Source of the DNA: Cyanobacteria bacterium auto_48_18
GTDB lineage: Bacteria; Cyanobacteriota; Vampirovibrionia; Obscuribacterales; Obscuribacteraceae
DNA: 64,000 bases
Assembly: GCA_036170915.1 (NCBI GenBank)
Contig: JAVHQC010000004.1
Location: 1 to 64,000, forward strand
Reading direction: 5' to 3'
Part shown: positions 1 through 10,091 of the stretch, one piece after another
Position numbering within the stretch: position 1 is the first letter of the stretch
Layout of the letters: each line of letters starts with the position of its first letter
Notes under the pieces: generated by a model
Database searches by the model: none
Seen by the model: only the letters and a program-made list of their open reading frames with translations
What the model was told of the DNA's origin: nothing
Translations under genes and position numbers: made by a program

Positions 1-112
1 CAAATTTCTTTGAATTCTTTGACTTGACTTTCAAGACACTATCTATAGGTTGAAATTTAGGGTCTAGGCAGCATTTTTAACAACCCTCACCCCGGCCAAC
101 AAAACGGCAAAT

Positions 113-1567
113 TCATCTCATCTTTAATTTGCCATCAGCACCAGAAGTGAGACTGAGGAAAGTTTTGTCTTTTTTCAGTGAGTCGAAAACATTATCAACT
201 CTTGCTTCCATCATTTCTTTAGAGCGTACGGCCTCGTAACGTTCATATTCGAAAAAGTGACGTCGCAAAAGTTGCAGAGCTTTCTCCTTATTGCCTGATT
301 GAGCGTAGATGGCTGCCAGATTATAGCTGCCGCACATCAGCTTTTCGTTCTCACGAGCTACTTTTAGCGCTTCTTCTTTCTTGCCGCTGGCTGCCATGAA
401 TACAGCCGCAAAGACCAAATTGAAAGGGTCTGTTGGTGCCATCGCCATCGCCTTTTGCGTGTAGGCATAGGCTTTTTTGCTGTCGCCTTCGCTGTTCCAG
501 TAAACTGCCAGATTGCGATAGGCCAGAGCGAGTGGATAAATTTGCACCGATTGTTCCATCAGTGAGAGACCTTTTTTGAAGTTGCCCTCATGAATAGTCA
601 TTTTACCCAGACCATGAAGGGCCACAGCGCGACTGAGCGGGTCACACGGCATGGCCAATACTTGTTCAAACAGACGGCGCGCTTCTACCCAGTCGCCAAT
701 ATCGTGGCGGTAAAGCTCGCCCAAATAGCGCAGGGGCACCGGATCATTTTTATCAAGTTTGTGCGCTTCGAGATAAAGCTTTTTTGCTTCCATATAACGA
801 TCGCTAAGTTCGGCTTTGAGTCCGGCGGCCATAAGCGCAGTAACTTTTGTGCTCACGTTTTTATCTAAAGACGCTTCTTGTGGTGGTGCTTGAACAGTGA
901 CACCAAGGTTCTTTAATTGTTGAGCAGCGTCTTTGCAAAGCTTAGGCAAAAGACATTTCTGTTTCAATAGAGTCTGGTAAATGGCAATGGCACCTGCTTT
1001 GTCACCAGCTTTTACTTTCGCGGCAGCAGCAGTCATTTGAGCTTGAAATGCACTCTGCCGTTTTTTAATTTCAGCGGTGAGCAACTGTTCTACTTTTTCT
1101 ACCTTAAGAACTCCCACAGTATTGTCGGCTTTACTGATCATGCTGCCGTCCGGTGCCATTAGTATTGCCACAGGCAATTTGATACCAGCTGCCAGCTTTT
1201 GACTCAGGGCAGTGCCAGGTGATACCACGGCCAAACTGACGCACCGTGCGGCATAGAGCGACAGCATGCGCGATACCAGCAAACTTGATATTTGTTGCTC
1301 TGCCGCTGTGGCCGGCAGCCAGTACAAAATCAGGCCATCCTTAATCGACACCGGCTCAGTTACTTCTTGCCAGGGAACATCATAAACTTCTTCGTCCGCG
1401 TCCATTCCACCAGTGCCGCCACCACCACCACCACCACATGTAGCCAGGGCGCCTGATAGCATCACTGTAGGTGTCAGACAGGTCGTAGTGGCCAACAGAA
1501 TGGCGGCAGCTGTCCATGAGCGCAAAGTGCCGAACAGTGTTGGACCAATGGAATATTTTTCAGTCAT
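113..1567 (-). CDS. Exported TPR-repeat protein with a Cys-polyGly motif and a possible thioredoxin-like domain
   Basis: 484-aa ORF; hydrophobic N-terminus, TCGGGGGGGTGG segment, C-terminal TPR-like helices (YLGELY, ALHGLG, AYRNLAVY, YNLAAIY). Confidence 0.7.
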   Translation of the reverse strand: MTEKYSIGPTLFGTLRSWTAAAILLATTTCLTPTVMLSGALATCGGGGGGGTGGMDADEEVYDVPWQEVTEPVSIKDGLILYWLPATAAEQQISSLLVSRMLSLYAARCVSLAVVSPGTALSQKLAAGIKLPVAILMAPDGSMISKADNTVGVLKVEKVEQLLTAEIKKRQSAFQAQMTAAAAKVKAGDKAGAIAIYQTLLKQKCLLPKLCKDAAQQLKNLGVTVQAPPQEASLDKNVSTKVTALMAAGLKAELSDRYMEAKKLYLEAHKLDKNDPVPLRYLGELYRHDIGDWVEARRLFEQVLAMPCDPLSRAVALHGLGKMTIHEGNFKKGLSLMEQSVQIYPLALAYRNLAVYWNSEGDSKKAYAYTQKAMAMAPTDPFNLVFAAVFMAASGKKEEALKVARENEKLMCGSYNLAAIYAQSGNKEKALQLLRRHFFEYERYEAVRSKEMMEARVDNVFDSLKKDKTFLSLTSGADGKLKMR

Positions 1568-1683
1568 CTTGATTACCTTGGCAGTGGCCTGATCGTACCA
1601 AATGAAGAGGCCGGCATCTAGTTAAGCAGCGATTTGCGCTTTTCTGTTGACAAACCCCAGTCAAGATTCGCAAAATTCTATCT

Positions 1684-4600
1684 ATGAACTTATTGAGCAT
1701 GATTGCTTCACTGCGCAAGTTCGGCAATTTTGTCGTCGGCTTGTTTCCTGTGGTGGGCACTATCGTCACCCTTTTGTTGTCGCCTTTTGCTAGAGCAGTC
1801 AAGGGTAATAATGCTCTAAGTGGAAAAATTGACTTAGCCAGAGACAAACTCAATCAAGTCGGCCAGATCAAGGCTGTTAAGGCGGCCACTCCTGCCATAA
1901 GGCGCTTTTACTGGAAAGATTATGGTCAAGATCGGCTTGACATAACAACATTGCCTCCAGGCAGTTTGACTGTGTTGCGACCGCTGTTTCTTGTCACGGT
2001 GGCCCTTTGCATTTTAATGCCCGTGCTCTCCTTGTGGACAAAGCCCGCCATTACTTTGACCACTTTAGCTGGTGCTACCAGTAGTGCCCCGGCCTGGTCT
2101 GCATGGCTCTGGCTCATTGCCGCCGCACTCGGTTGGGGCTGCCTATTGGCTGGGTCGGCAATTTGCAACCGTGTGATTTTTTGTTTCGTTGCTGTTATCT
2201 ATATCACCCTTTTTGGCGCCTGCGCACTTTTCATTCCCCGCTCATATGGCAACAGTCTTTTGCCTTTAACAGTATTTCTGGCCCTCGCTTTTAGTGCCAT
2301 CAATCTCAAGCCGCCGCAAATTTGTTTTGCCGACACCTCAGTGAGAAGCTGGCGTGATCGCTTTATGACTTATTTGGCAGCGCTTGTGGTGGGAGTTCCT
2401 GCTGGTATTTATCTAGTGGCACTGACGCCCATGCAGCCATTCTTTAAACCGTTTGTGTGGCAATGGGGCGCTACTATTGGTGCACTGCTGGCGGTGAGCA
2501 TCACTGATTTTGCTAGACGTCGCGCTAGCTTTAGTGGTGCGCGGCTTGCTGATATTTTTCGTCGGCCCGTGCCAGTTGGTGTTAGTGCCTGGGTGCTTTC
2601 ACTTTTAACTTTGCTGTTTTTGTTCACTCTTGTGTGGCGCAGTTCACTCAGCACTCTGGCCGGCCAGTTCATTTCTGAAATGAATCTCTGGAACGGTTAT
2701 CTATGGCCCGTTTGGTATTTCGTTGGTATCGGCATTGTCTTTAAAATGTTGAAGAACACCAAGGTAATGGCAAAGTCAATTAAAGATGCTTTGCCTTTGC
2801 CGCTCTACCATTGTGCCGTAGTGACGCTTGTGCTCATTGGTGCTGCTCTCACCTGGCGCACCACTCTAGTAGATTTTGCCCTCTCCACTCATATGCTTGA
2901 ACCTGCCGCGACCTGGTTCTATCAAAATACAGGCTGGTACTGGCGTGAGCCTATTAATTCATTTTCTGCCGAGGTGCTCAAATGGATTTTTCTTTTTGAT
3001 GTCATTGCTATTTTCTGGCTGATGATCAAAAGAAAATGGAACACTGAGACTGCCGGTTCTATTCTTTATTTTTCGGCTTTGAGCTGGTTTGCTGTTGTCG
3101 AATATATGTTTCAATGGCTCTCGTTTGGCCGCTCACCGGCGCACTCTTTTATTTTACTGATGACTTTTGCTATGTGGCTGATCTGGCTTTTGCACACGGT
3201 TGGCCTCGAAATGAGTTTGCAAAACTCGCGCACTTTTCCCTCGTCAGGACGGCTTTCAATTTACGGTAGCATTGTGGTTTTTGCTTTGCTTGAAATTCAT
3301 GCCCGGTGTGCCATTCGCGATTTTGGCGTGATGAATGAAATATTTCTCTATATGTTTCGCGGCATTATTGACGTTGGTTTACCCTATTTTCTTTATGTCT
3401 TTGCCTGTCGTCGCTTTGGCGAATTACCTCTAGGCGTTGCCCGAATCTTTAAAATCTTTTGTCTGGGAGCGCTGCTCACTTATCCTCTCAATATTCTTGA
3501 TAAACTGGCTCTAGGTGGCTGGACACTAAATGGTCTGCAATCTGTCTGGACAGACGAGGTCACTACATTTAGTACTAAGGGTTATATTTGTGTAGAGGAG
3601 CCGAATTTAGCTCTCGTTTCTATTGCCCTGCGTGCCGCAGCTTTTGTTCTTGCCCTGGCCATGGTTGTAAGGGCTGTTCTCGCTGATGGCGACGATAAAC
3701 GTTTGCCCGGAGCGGCAGAAAAACACAGCGGCAGTGCTGCTATCTTTGCCGCTTTGGCTTTTGCCAGCGGATTTGCTTCTTTTTCTAAAGCTACAGTTGA
3801 TTTGCCTCTGCCTGATCATTGGCGAATTTTGGTGGCACCATTTCACACCAGTCTCTTTTTTGACTACCATTTGATGGCTCTTTATCTCTCCGCCGGAATT
3901 GCCGCGCTGGCGCTGGCTCTTATTCTTGTGGGTAGAGGTGACAAGTTCAGGCCTTCTACTGCCAGGTGGCTCGTCGCTATATTTGCCGCTTTTATTATCG
4001 ATTTATTTATTTCTTGGGCCTGGCCAGGTCAGCAAGTTTGGTTGCGTGCCAGCGGTGTGATTGCCACAGGCACCGCAATTGGTGGCGCCATTCTCATTTA
4101 TCTTATTATTATTTCGGTGAGAGTAATCGAAGACTGGTCTGGTTCTAGTTCTGGCTCTAGTTTTAGTTCTAGTTTTAGTTCTAGTTTTAGTTCTAGTTCT
4201 AGTTTTAGTTCTAGTCAGGCGCAGCGGCTGGTCTCTAAGCGTGAAATCAATCTTGCCTTAGCGATGGCTTTAAGTGTCCTTGGGTGGATTGCTTACGGCC
4301 AGATTGGTCAATCACGTATGCGTGCTCAGCCACTCAAAACAATGCCATCGCTGCAAGTGCCGGCGCGGATGGGTCAACCTAAATTAGATGCTCAAGGCAA
4401 TTCCGCCTTTTTCACCTGGCCTGATCAAAACGGTTTGTCTACTCTTTCGATTACTCAACTACCAACTCTAGGGCAGACCCTTAAGGACGTGCTCATGAAT
4501 CTGGTAAAGAAAACAATAGACAATCATTACTTGCCTGATTTTACGGTGGTGCGGGCGGAAGACTGGAGTAAATATGCTCCTGGTGCCATTGCCCTCGATT

Positions 4601-4776
4601 TTAACTACAGCATGACAACGAAAGCCGGCGACAAAATCGCCATGACCGGCACCACCGTGCTCGCACCCTCTAATGACCCAGCCAGTGCCTCTTATTACTG
4701 TATTTGCGCCACGCCGGTAGATATGGAGGCGCGACGGTTTGACCTGATTCGCATAGTGCAGGCGTCACATTATTAG
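1684..4776 (+). CDS. Large polytopic membrane protein of unknown function with a C-terminal soluble domain
   Basis: 1030-aa ORF with many hydrophobic segments, a poly-Ser linker and a hydrophilic C-terminal ~150 aa; start codon uncertain. Confidence 0.75.
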   Translation: MNLLSMIASLRKFGNFVVGLFPVVGTIVTLLLSPFARAVKGNNALSGKIDLARDKLNQVGQIKAVKAATPAIRRFYWKDYGQDRLDITTLPPGSLTVLRPLFLVTVALCILMPVLSLWTKPAITLTTLAGATSSAPAWSAWLWLIAAALGWGCLLAGSAICNRVIFCFVAVIYITLFGACALFIPRSYGNSLLPLTVFLALAFSAINLKPPQICFADTSVRSWRDRFMTYLAALVVGVPAGIYLVALTPMQPFFKPFVWQWGATIGALLAVSITDFARRRASFSGARLADIFRRPVPVGVSAWVLSLLTLLFLFTLVWRSSLSTLAGQFISEMNLWNGYLWPVWYFVGIGIVFKMLKNTKVMAKSIKDALPLPLYHCAVVTLVLIGAALTWRTTLVDFALSTHMLEPAATWFYQNTGWYWREPINSFSAEVLKWIFLFDVIAIFWLMIKRKWNTETAGSILYFSALSWFAVVEYMFQWLSFGRSPAHSFILLMTFAMWLIWLLHTVGLEMSLQNSRTFPSSGRLSIYGSIVVFALLEIHARCAIRDFGVMNEIFLYMFRGIIDVGLPYFLYVFACRRFGELPLGVARIFKIFCLGALLTYPLNILDKLALGGWTLNGLQSVWTDEVTTFSTKGYICVEEPNLALVSIALRAAAFVLALAMVVRAVLADGDDKRLPGAAEKHSGSAAIFAALAFASGFASFSKATVDLPLPDHWRILVAPFHTSLFFDYHLMALYLSAGIAALALALILVGRGDKFRPSTARWLVAIFAAFIIDLFISWAWPGQQVWLRASGVIATGTAIGGAILIYLIIISVRVIEDWSGSSSGSSFSSSFSSSFSSSSSFSSSQAQRLVSKREINLALAMALSVLGWIAYGQIGQSRMRAQPLKTMPSLQVPARMGQPKLDAQGNSAFFTWPDQNGLSTLSITQLPTLGQTLKDVLMNLVKKTIDNHYLPDFTVVRAEDWSKYAPGAIALDFNYSMTTKAGDKIAMTGTTVLAPSNDPASASYYCICATPVDMEARRFDLIRIVQASHY
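4156..4215 (+). repeat. In-frame hexamer microsatellite T(C/T)TAGT x10 encoding a Ser/Phe tract
   Basis: TCTAGTTTTAGT units read directly; encodes SSFSSSFSSSFSSSSSFSSS. Confidence 0.9.
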
Positions 4777-4798
4777 CTCGCCAAATTAGCTGGCCAAT

Positions 4799-5404
4799 TT
4801 AGCGCGCCAGAGCCTGGAGCATACCACCAAGATTGGCTTCCATTAAAGTTAGCTGCAAATTAACCAGGCGAGCATCAAAACTGTTGGCGTCAAATTCACA
4901 GCCCACCCAGCTCAGTCGCTCTTCGATTTCTTCGTTTTCCGGATCTTCTACAATTTCAATAAAGCGGCGATAGCCTTCGGTGCCACCCACATCTTCTGGT
5001 GGGCAGGCCCGTTTGCCCATGATGCAACGCGCTGTTTGCGGGCCGTTTTCGATTTCGACGATGCGCTCAACGCGAGCTGTATGTTTCCATGAATCGCTCA
5101 GGTCGTATTCATACACAAACTCGTCTCCGTCTTCGGTCAAAAGATCAGATAGTTTGACTTTGGTTTGATCTTTTACTTTTTTGCTTTCAGCATCGGTCAG
5201 GTCACCATATATGGTGTTGCCGAAGTGAAATTGGTGAATGTGATAGCCCGACCAACCCATGGTCAATTGCAATATTTCATGCAATTGATCTAGTCTGACA
5301 TCGGCATTGACCAGTAAACGTCGCCAGATGGGCAGCGGCGCATCATTAAGATCGATGCGCAATTGAATAAATTTGTTGCCACTGCTCTTCTTTCGCGAAA
5401 CCAT
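4799..5404 (-). CDS. Plasmid pRiA4b ORF-3 family protein
   Basis: Family motifs IWRRLLV, LHEILQLTMGW, HIHQF, YEYDLSDSWKH, RACPPEDVGG. Confidence 0.85.
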   Translation of the reverse strand: MVSRKKSSGNKFIQLRIDLNDAPLPIWRRLLVNADVRLDQLHEILQLTMGWSGYHIHQFHFGNTIYGDLTDAESKKVKDQTKVKLSDLLTEDGDEFVYEYDLSDSWKHTARVERIVEIENGPQTARCIMGKRACPPEDVGGTEGYRRFIEIVEDPENEEIEERLSWVGCEFDANSFDARLVNLQLTLMEANLGGMLQALAR

Positions 5405-5430
5405 TTGTTTTCCTCTGTTTATAGTAAGTA

Positions 5431-5877
5431 TTACAGCGATTCAGGCCCGAACGAGTCAGGCAGCAGGCCGTCTAGCGTCCATTTGCAGATATCGCTATTT
5501 TGATTTTGAATAGAGAGAATAATTAGCTCAAGGCCGCCAAATTCGCGTAGCACCTGGCGGCACATGCCGCAAGGTGAGCCACCAGGCTTAGTGGCGGCGA
5601 CAACAGCGATACGCAAAAATTTAGTATAGCCCTCTGACACAGCTTTGACTGCCGCAGTGCGTTCAGCGCATATGGCCCCGCCGTAGCTGGCGTTCTCTAC
5701 ATTGCATCCGCCGAAGCACTTAATTGCACCTTCTTGATTTTGCGCCTCAATTACAGCGCCGACGTAAAACTTCGAATAGGGTGCGTACGCAATTTTTGCT
5801 GCATCCCATGCACCATTGACCAGGTCTTTTTCTGACTGGTCTAAATCGGTAAATTTGGTCAGAGCGGGCTTCGGCAT
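5431..5877 (-). CDS. cdd: Cytidine deaminase (homotetrameric type)
   Basis: AYAPYSKFYVGA, GCNVENASYG, CAERTA and SPCGMCRQ zinc motifs. Confidence 0.95.
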   Translation of the reverse strand: MPKPALTKFTDLDQSEKDLVNGAWDAAKIAYAPYSKFYVGAVIEAQNQEGAIKCFGGCNVENASYGGAICAERTAAVKAVSEGYTKFLRIAVVAATKPGGSPCGMCRQVLREFGGLELIILSIQNQNSDICKWTLDGLLPDSFGPESL

Positions 5878-5896
5878 TTTTCTTTTTTCTCTCTAT

Positions 5897-6466
5897 TTAC
5901 GAATTGTCTTGTGCACTGCCGGTAGTGTCAACAACTTCTGACTGCAATCTTGCTTGCAGAGTCTTAATCACCGCCAGCCGCTTTTTCAATTCTTCCACCA
6001 AAATTTCAGCCGCAGCGCTGGCCTCGATAGTGGTCTTTATGCATAATGTTTCGAGCAGGGCCGCTTTGATGCCCAGCACAAAATTACAAGATTGAAGCAC
6101 GGCAGCCACCGGTTCTTCACGCTCTTGCCCCTTACTAAGGGCTAAACCGGCCTCCAGCGATGAAAGGGCGTCTTTCTGCACATGGTCCAGCAAACTGACG
6201 CCATAATCTTTCTGATTGTCTATTCCTTTGACCAGCTCGCAGAAGTTTAGCAACTCACGCTCAGTGCGCGTAGAAAGCCTCGAAACTCCCTGTCTGGCGG
6301 TTTCCATCCAGATAGCGCGAGTGACTTCAAGTTGGCTGGCTGCGGCAGCCAGCCGCTGCAAAGCGGTAATTTTGTCGAGCTCGCCGGCGCGCCACTGTTT
6401 GAAGGTGTTTTGCGCTAAAGCCAGGTTCGATTGGGTTTCTTCGCTAGGATCGTCGAAGGCATTCAT
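5897..6466 (-). CDS. Hypothetical helical protein
   Basis: 189-aa ORF co-oriented with cdd; GGAGAG upstream. Confidence 0.65.
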   Translation of the reverse strand: MNAFDDPSEETQSNLALAQNTFKQWRAGELDKITALQRLAAAASQLEVTRAIWMETARQGVSRLSTRTERELLNFCELVKGIDNQKDYGVSLLDHVQKDALSSLEAGLALSKGQEREEPVAAVLQSCNFVLGIKAALLETLCIKTTIEASAAAEILVEELKKRLAVIKTLQARLQSEVVDTTGSAQDNS

Positions 6467-6631
6467 GGAATTATTGTGGGCTCTCCGGCCAAATAGTATA
6501 CAGGGTAGATATAGAGCACAGCTCCACCTCCTTAGATCTTCTACCGTACGGAGGTGCTGCCCTATCAGCTTGTCGCGAAAGTTGAGATTAAACTCTAAAT
6601 TGTAGCGCTACAGTGCCTTTCCGAAATTGGA

Positions 6632-7540
6632 TTATAAAGTCTTCTTTTGCAGGCCGGAGCTATTTTTATCTTGTGGGGCAGGTGACGCGCTAGGGACATG
6701 AGGCTGCACTGCAGGTGGCTTGGCTGCGCCTTTACCATCGTCGAAATAGTTACGTATATATAGGTTAGTGCCTACAGGGCTGAGCTTTGGTGAGCCGATG
6801 GTCTTTTTTTCATCCAGTAAAGTTTGCAAATTGTCTGCACTCTTCTGAATTTCTTGGGCGTGACTGTTGCCCCTTTCGAGCGATGTGCGCTGGTTCTCCA
6901 GCTCCTTTTTCATTTGCTCGAGCATCTTTAGCGACTCTTTATTGCCTTTGCCTTTAGCAATGCGGTCCTCCAGCTCTTTTTGGGTTTTCGCCAGAGCCTC
7001 ACTTTGTATTCGGGCCATTTCCAGGGCCTCGCGTTCTCGCTGACTACGCACGCCGTTCTTTGCTTGCTCAACTTGAGCCTTAAATGTATTTCGGGCGCTT
7101 TCGATGGCTTTATCTTTAGGAGTGAGGGGCACAACAGGTGCTTTGGTTTCAGTTTTTGGCGGCTTAACAGCGGCTTCTGAATCGACACCAAGATAGCCTA
7201 AAGCTTGTTTTGAAAGCTTCCCTACTTCTTGATCTGGGGCGAGGGCAAAGGCAATGCGAAATTCTTGAATGGCCAAGTCTTTTTTGTTGACGTGAATATA
7301 TGTATTGGCTAGATAGTAGTGGAATTTTGGATTGCTAAATTCGGCCTGACGAGCGAGGCCAAAATTATTTTCAGCCGATTTGTAGTCTCCATTTTTAAAG
7401 TCGATCACGCCCTCGGTCATTTCTTTGCTTTCCGCCATAGCGGGTGGTGTCAGAAAGATGGTACCGGCCAGCAAGCAAAAGGCAGTGACCAGCCATTTAG
7501 TTGTCTTCAATGCATTAGTGCTGGTGAAATGGCTAATCAT
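6632..7540 (-). CDS. Exported TPR plus coiled-coil protein, last gene of the Tad-like pseudopilin operon
   Basis: Signal peptide ending AMA, TPR (FHYYLANTY...AIQEFRIA), coiled coil; 4-bp overlap with the upstream gene. Confidence 0.75.
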   Translation of the reverse strand: MISHFTSTNALKTTKWLVTAFCLLAGTIFLTPPAMAESKEMTEGVIDFKNGDYKSAENNFGLARQAEFSNPKFHYYLANTYIHVNKKDLAIQEFRIAFALAPDQEVGKLSKQALGYLGVDSEAAVKPPKTETKAPVVPLTPKDKAIESARNTFKAQVEQAKNGVRSQREREALEMARIQSEALAKTQKELEDRIAKGKGNKESLKMLEQMKKELENQRTSLERGNSHAQEIQKSADNLQTLLDEKKTIGSPKLSPVGTNLYIRNYFDDGKGAAKPPAVQPHVPSASPAPQDKNSSGLQKKTL

Positions 7541-9105
7541 GGCTTACTGGAGAAATAAAGTTGAGTCAGGCGTACAACGTACAAGTCACCCACGGCCTTG
7601 TTGAAACCGGTGCCTGGTTGCCAATGCATGACACCGGTATTGGTGGCATAGGGTTGAGGTGTGCCGCCAGGGCTCTGGTCGGCGTGAGCATACTGATCAG
7701 TAGTAGTGGGTTCAGTTACCAGGGCATCACCCCTGATACCATCAAGGTTGGGGTCGCTTGTGCCTTCCCACTTCTTAGGATCAATCCACGGTGGCAAGGC
7801 GCCATTGTCAGGTACCATTTGAATATTGGGATCAGTATGGTCGGCGCTCTGGTCAGCTGCGAAAATATAGTAACGTTGCACTTTGGGATCGTATTGCTGC
7901 TGATCAAAGAGCTTAATCAATCTGGCTTTTGTAAATTTGGGATCCATGCATTGAATGCGTTGCAAAAGTTTTTTCAGAGCTGGATTAATATCAGCTTTGA
8001 GGGCGTTGAGAATGGCATTAATGCTGTTTCCACCCTGATATTCCGCACCGATGGTACCAAAGCAATTAATAACTCGAGTGGGCGTTTGAAAATCTTTCAA
8101 ACCATGCACTCTTTGCTGCTTAAACTCGTAAGAAATCATTTTCACGGGTTTCTTATCCACATTCCAAATAGATAAATTATTGACGTGAATGGTTATGTAT
8201 GACTGCGGAATAGCCATATCGTATGTGCGAATAGGATTAGCCACAGCACTGGCGATGGCCGACACTCCGGTCTGACCGTTGCTGGCTTCGGCAAACTGGC
8301 GGAAGGCATTGGGAATGACAGTGCCTTTGTCATCAATGGGAGCTTTGTCAGCGCGATTGCTCTCAAAAACAGTATCTGAAATTAAGTGGGGCTGCTCGCC
8401 TTCATGAAACGATGTGAAAGTAAATTTCTTGTTGTTGGCAGTCATGGGTACATAACCCTGCATATAACTTTTGCTGCCCTTATCGACTTTTCCAGCGGCT
8501 ACGCCGTCTGGAATTTGAGTGGGTTGCATGGTCAAATTGCTTTCATCACCGCGGTCTACCAGGGCAATGGGGCAGCTTCCTGTCTTGGTTCTGTCGATTC
8601 CCATACCAGGATTGATTAAGTTGGCGGTGCGGCGACCAGCCATCTGGTGAAAATAAACATCTTGATTTTTAGGATCGGCCAGTTCTGCAAATAACTGGTC
8701 GTTGAGTGTTTGAGCAATCTGATAAGCGGTGTCGCCATTACCACTGGCGGCGGGGCCGGCGCGACCACTTTTTTGCATCTCTTCCAGGTTGGCGTTGATT
8801 AGATATGCCTTGCCCCAGAGCCTGTTGATGTTGCTCATACCAAACTTGCCATTGGTGTCGGCGACATCAGCATATTTTGGATCTGCCGGAACCCGAATTT
8901 CCATCATTTTTTTCGACACATTGAGGGCGCCGGCATCTACCGCATTGCGCACTTGACGCGACCCGCCCATGATCATGGTTAGTTGAAAGAGACCATAAAT
9001 TAATAGCACAAGGCCGAAAGCACACGCGATAATCAGCAACAAAGAAGCGCCTGATTGACTGCGTCTGGCTCTCTTGCTTTTTTTATAGTGAGACAAAATT
9101 GACAT
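7537..9105 (-). CDS. TadG-like pseudopilin with a long C-terminal extension
   Basis: Basic leader, QSG-ASLLL site, TM helix, then the VRNAVDAGAL motif typical of TadG/Flp N-termini. Confidence 0.7.
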   Translation of the reverse strand: MSILSHYKKSKRARRSQSGASLLLIIACAFGLVLLIYGLFQLTMIMGGSRQVRNAVDAGALNVSKKMMEIRVPADPKYADVADTNGKFGMSNINRLWGKAYLINANLEEMQKSGRAGPAASGNGDTAYQIAQTLNDQLFAELADPKNQDVYFHQMAGRRTANLINPGMGIDRTKTGSCPIALVDRGDESNLTMQPTQIPDGVAAGKVDKGSKSYMQGYVPMTANNKKFTFTSFHEGEQPHLISDTVFESNRADKAPIDDKGTVIPNAFRQFAEASNGQTGVSAIASAVANPIRTYDMAIPQSYITIHVNNLSIWNVDKKPVKMISYEFKQQRVHGLKDFQTPTRVINCFGTIGAEYQGGNSINAILNALKADINPALKKLLQRIQCMDPKFTKARLIKLFDQQQYDPKVQRYYIFAADQSADHTDPNIQMVPDNGALPPWIDPKKWEGTSDPNLDGIRGDALVTEPTTTDQYAHADQSPGGTPQPYATNTGVMHWQPGTGFNKAVGDLYVVRLTQLYFSSKP

Positions 9106-9108
9106 AGC

Positions 9109-9558
9109 TTATTGTTGCGCCGGAGTAGCAAGCAGAGGTTGTATAGCACTGGCTCTGCATTCGAAACGATTCATCAGAGGCATGGGAATGGGCATGTTTA
9201 CTTGCATCACAGTGCTGACAGTAACCTGACCGTTGACCTCATCAAATTTGACTTTATCCATTTCAACTGAGCTGATGATATTGGTCGGCTTGAAGCGAGT
9301 CAGCGATTTTTTTGCCATGTTGCTGGCCATACTTTCGCAAGTGCAACTGCCTGCTGCACGGGCAGCAGTTTCAGCCCATTGTTCGTTTGTTTGAGTAGCG
9401 CTCATCAGTGTCACTACATCAACAGCAGCCAGACCAATGGGTATCAGTATGATAAAACCAAACATTGCCTCAATCAAAGTTTGACCAGAGCGCGAGCGCC
9501 TGGCGATTCTTTTCTTGGCTGTTCGGGGCTTACTGCACTGCATACATCGGATTCTCAA
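9109..9558 (-). CDS. TadE/TadF-like pseudopilin
   Basis: Basic leader plus G-QTLIE prepilin site, TM helix, AETAARA. Confidence 0.75.
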   Translation of the reverse strand: MRIRCMQCSKPRTAKKRIARRSRSGQTLIEAMFGFIILIPIGLAAVDVVTLMSATQTNEQWAETAARAAGSCTCESMASNMAKKSLTRFKPTNIISSVEMDKVKFDEVNGQVTVSTVMQVNMPIPMPLMNRFECRASAIQPLLATPAQQ

Positions 9559-10021
9559 GCACGCGACTGTTGGACACTGTAAATGAGGCTGGTTCTCCGA
9601 GGCCCGGCACCTTATAGAAAAACGGAATGGTGAGGAAAGGGCGCACTTTCACCGTAGTGGAGACGGTTACATACATATTCCCCGTACTGGCATCATAATC
9701 GACTTTAGTTACAGGTTGTTCGGCCAGACCTGACACCCCACCAAGCACTGTCTGCATCCATTTGTCTGGTATGGTCATCATTACCGGCCCTTTGGCATTG
9801 GTGGCAAGGCTTTTGGGTATTTTGGCCGCTTCACGCAATTGAATATCATTGAGCGAAGAGCAAGACATATAGCCAAAGCTAAGGGCAATGATGTCTACCA
9901 CCGGAAAGACAGCAAAAATGAAAATGAAAAACAAAGCAGGGCCAAACTCGCTCATAGCAGAGCCTTTGCCGCTGCGCGTCAAAGCTCGCTTGATTTTGGT
10001 GTGGTGCTGCTGAGATCTCAT
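9530..10021 (-). CDS. TadE-like pseudopilin
   Basis: Basic leader plus G-SAMSEF prepilin site, TM helix, LREAAK. Confidence 0.75.
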   Translation of the reverse strand: MRSQQHHTKIKRALTRSGKGSAMSEFGPALFFIFIFAVFPVVDIIALSFGYMSCSSLNDIQLREAAKIPKSLATNAKGPVMMTIPDKWMQTVLGGVSGLAEQPVTKVDYDASTGNMYVTVSTTVKVRPFLTIPFFYKVPGLGEPASFTVSNSRVLENPMYAVQ

Positions 10022-10091
10022 ATATATTAAGTAATATACCAGATCTGTGCCTTTGAGCGTTCAGGCTTCATAGGGCTGAGACGCTCACAGG

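Noticed and set aside
1560..1853. 97-aa minus-strand ORF
   Set aside because: Overlaps the membrane protein start and the divergent promoter gap; no protein-like features
4799..5404. pRiA4b ORF-3 gene as evidence of a plasmid or mobile element
   Set aside because: The family is common on chromosomes; no transposase, integrase or flanking repeats
6515..6612. CACCTCC/GGAGGTG stem and TGTAGCGCTACA palindrome as an ncRNA or riboswitch
   Set aside because: Short stem and no recognisable family motif; more simply a 3' structure of the Tad operon or chance
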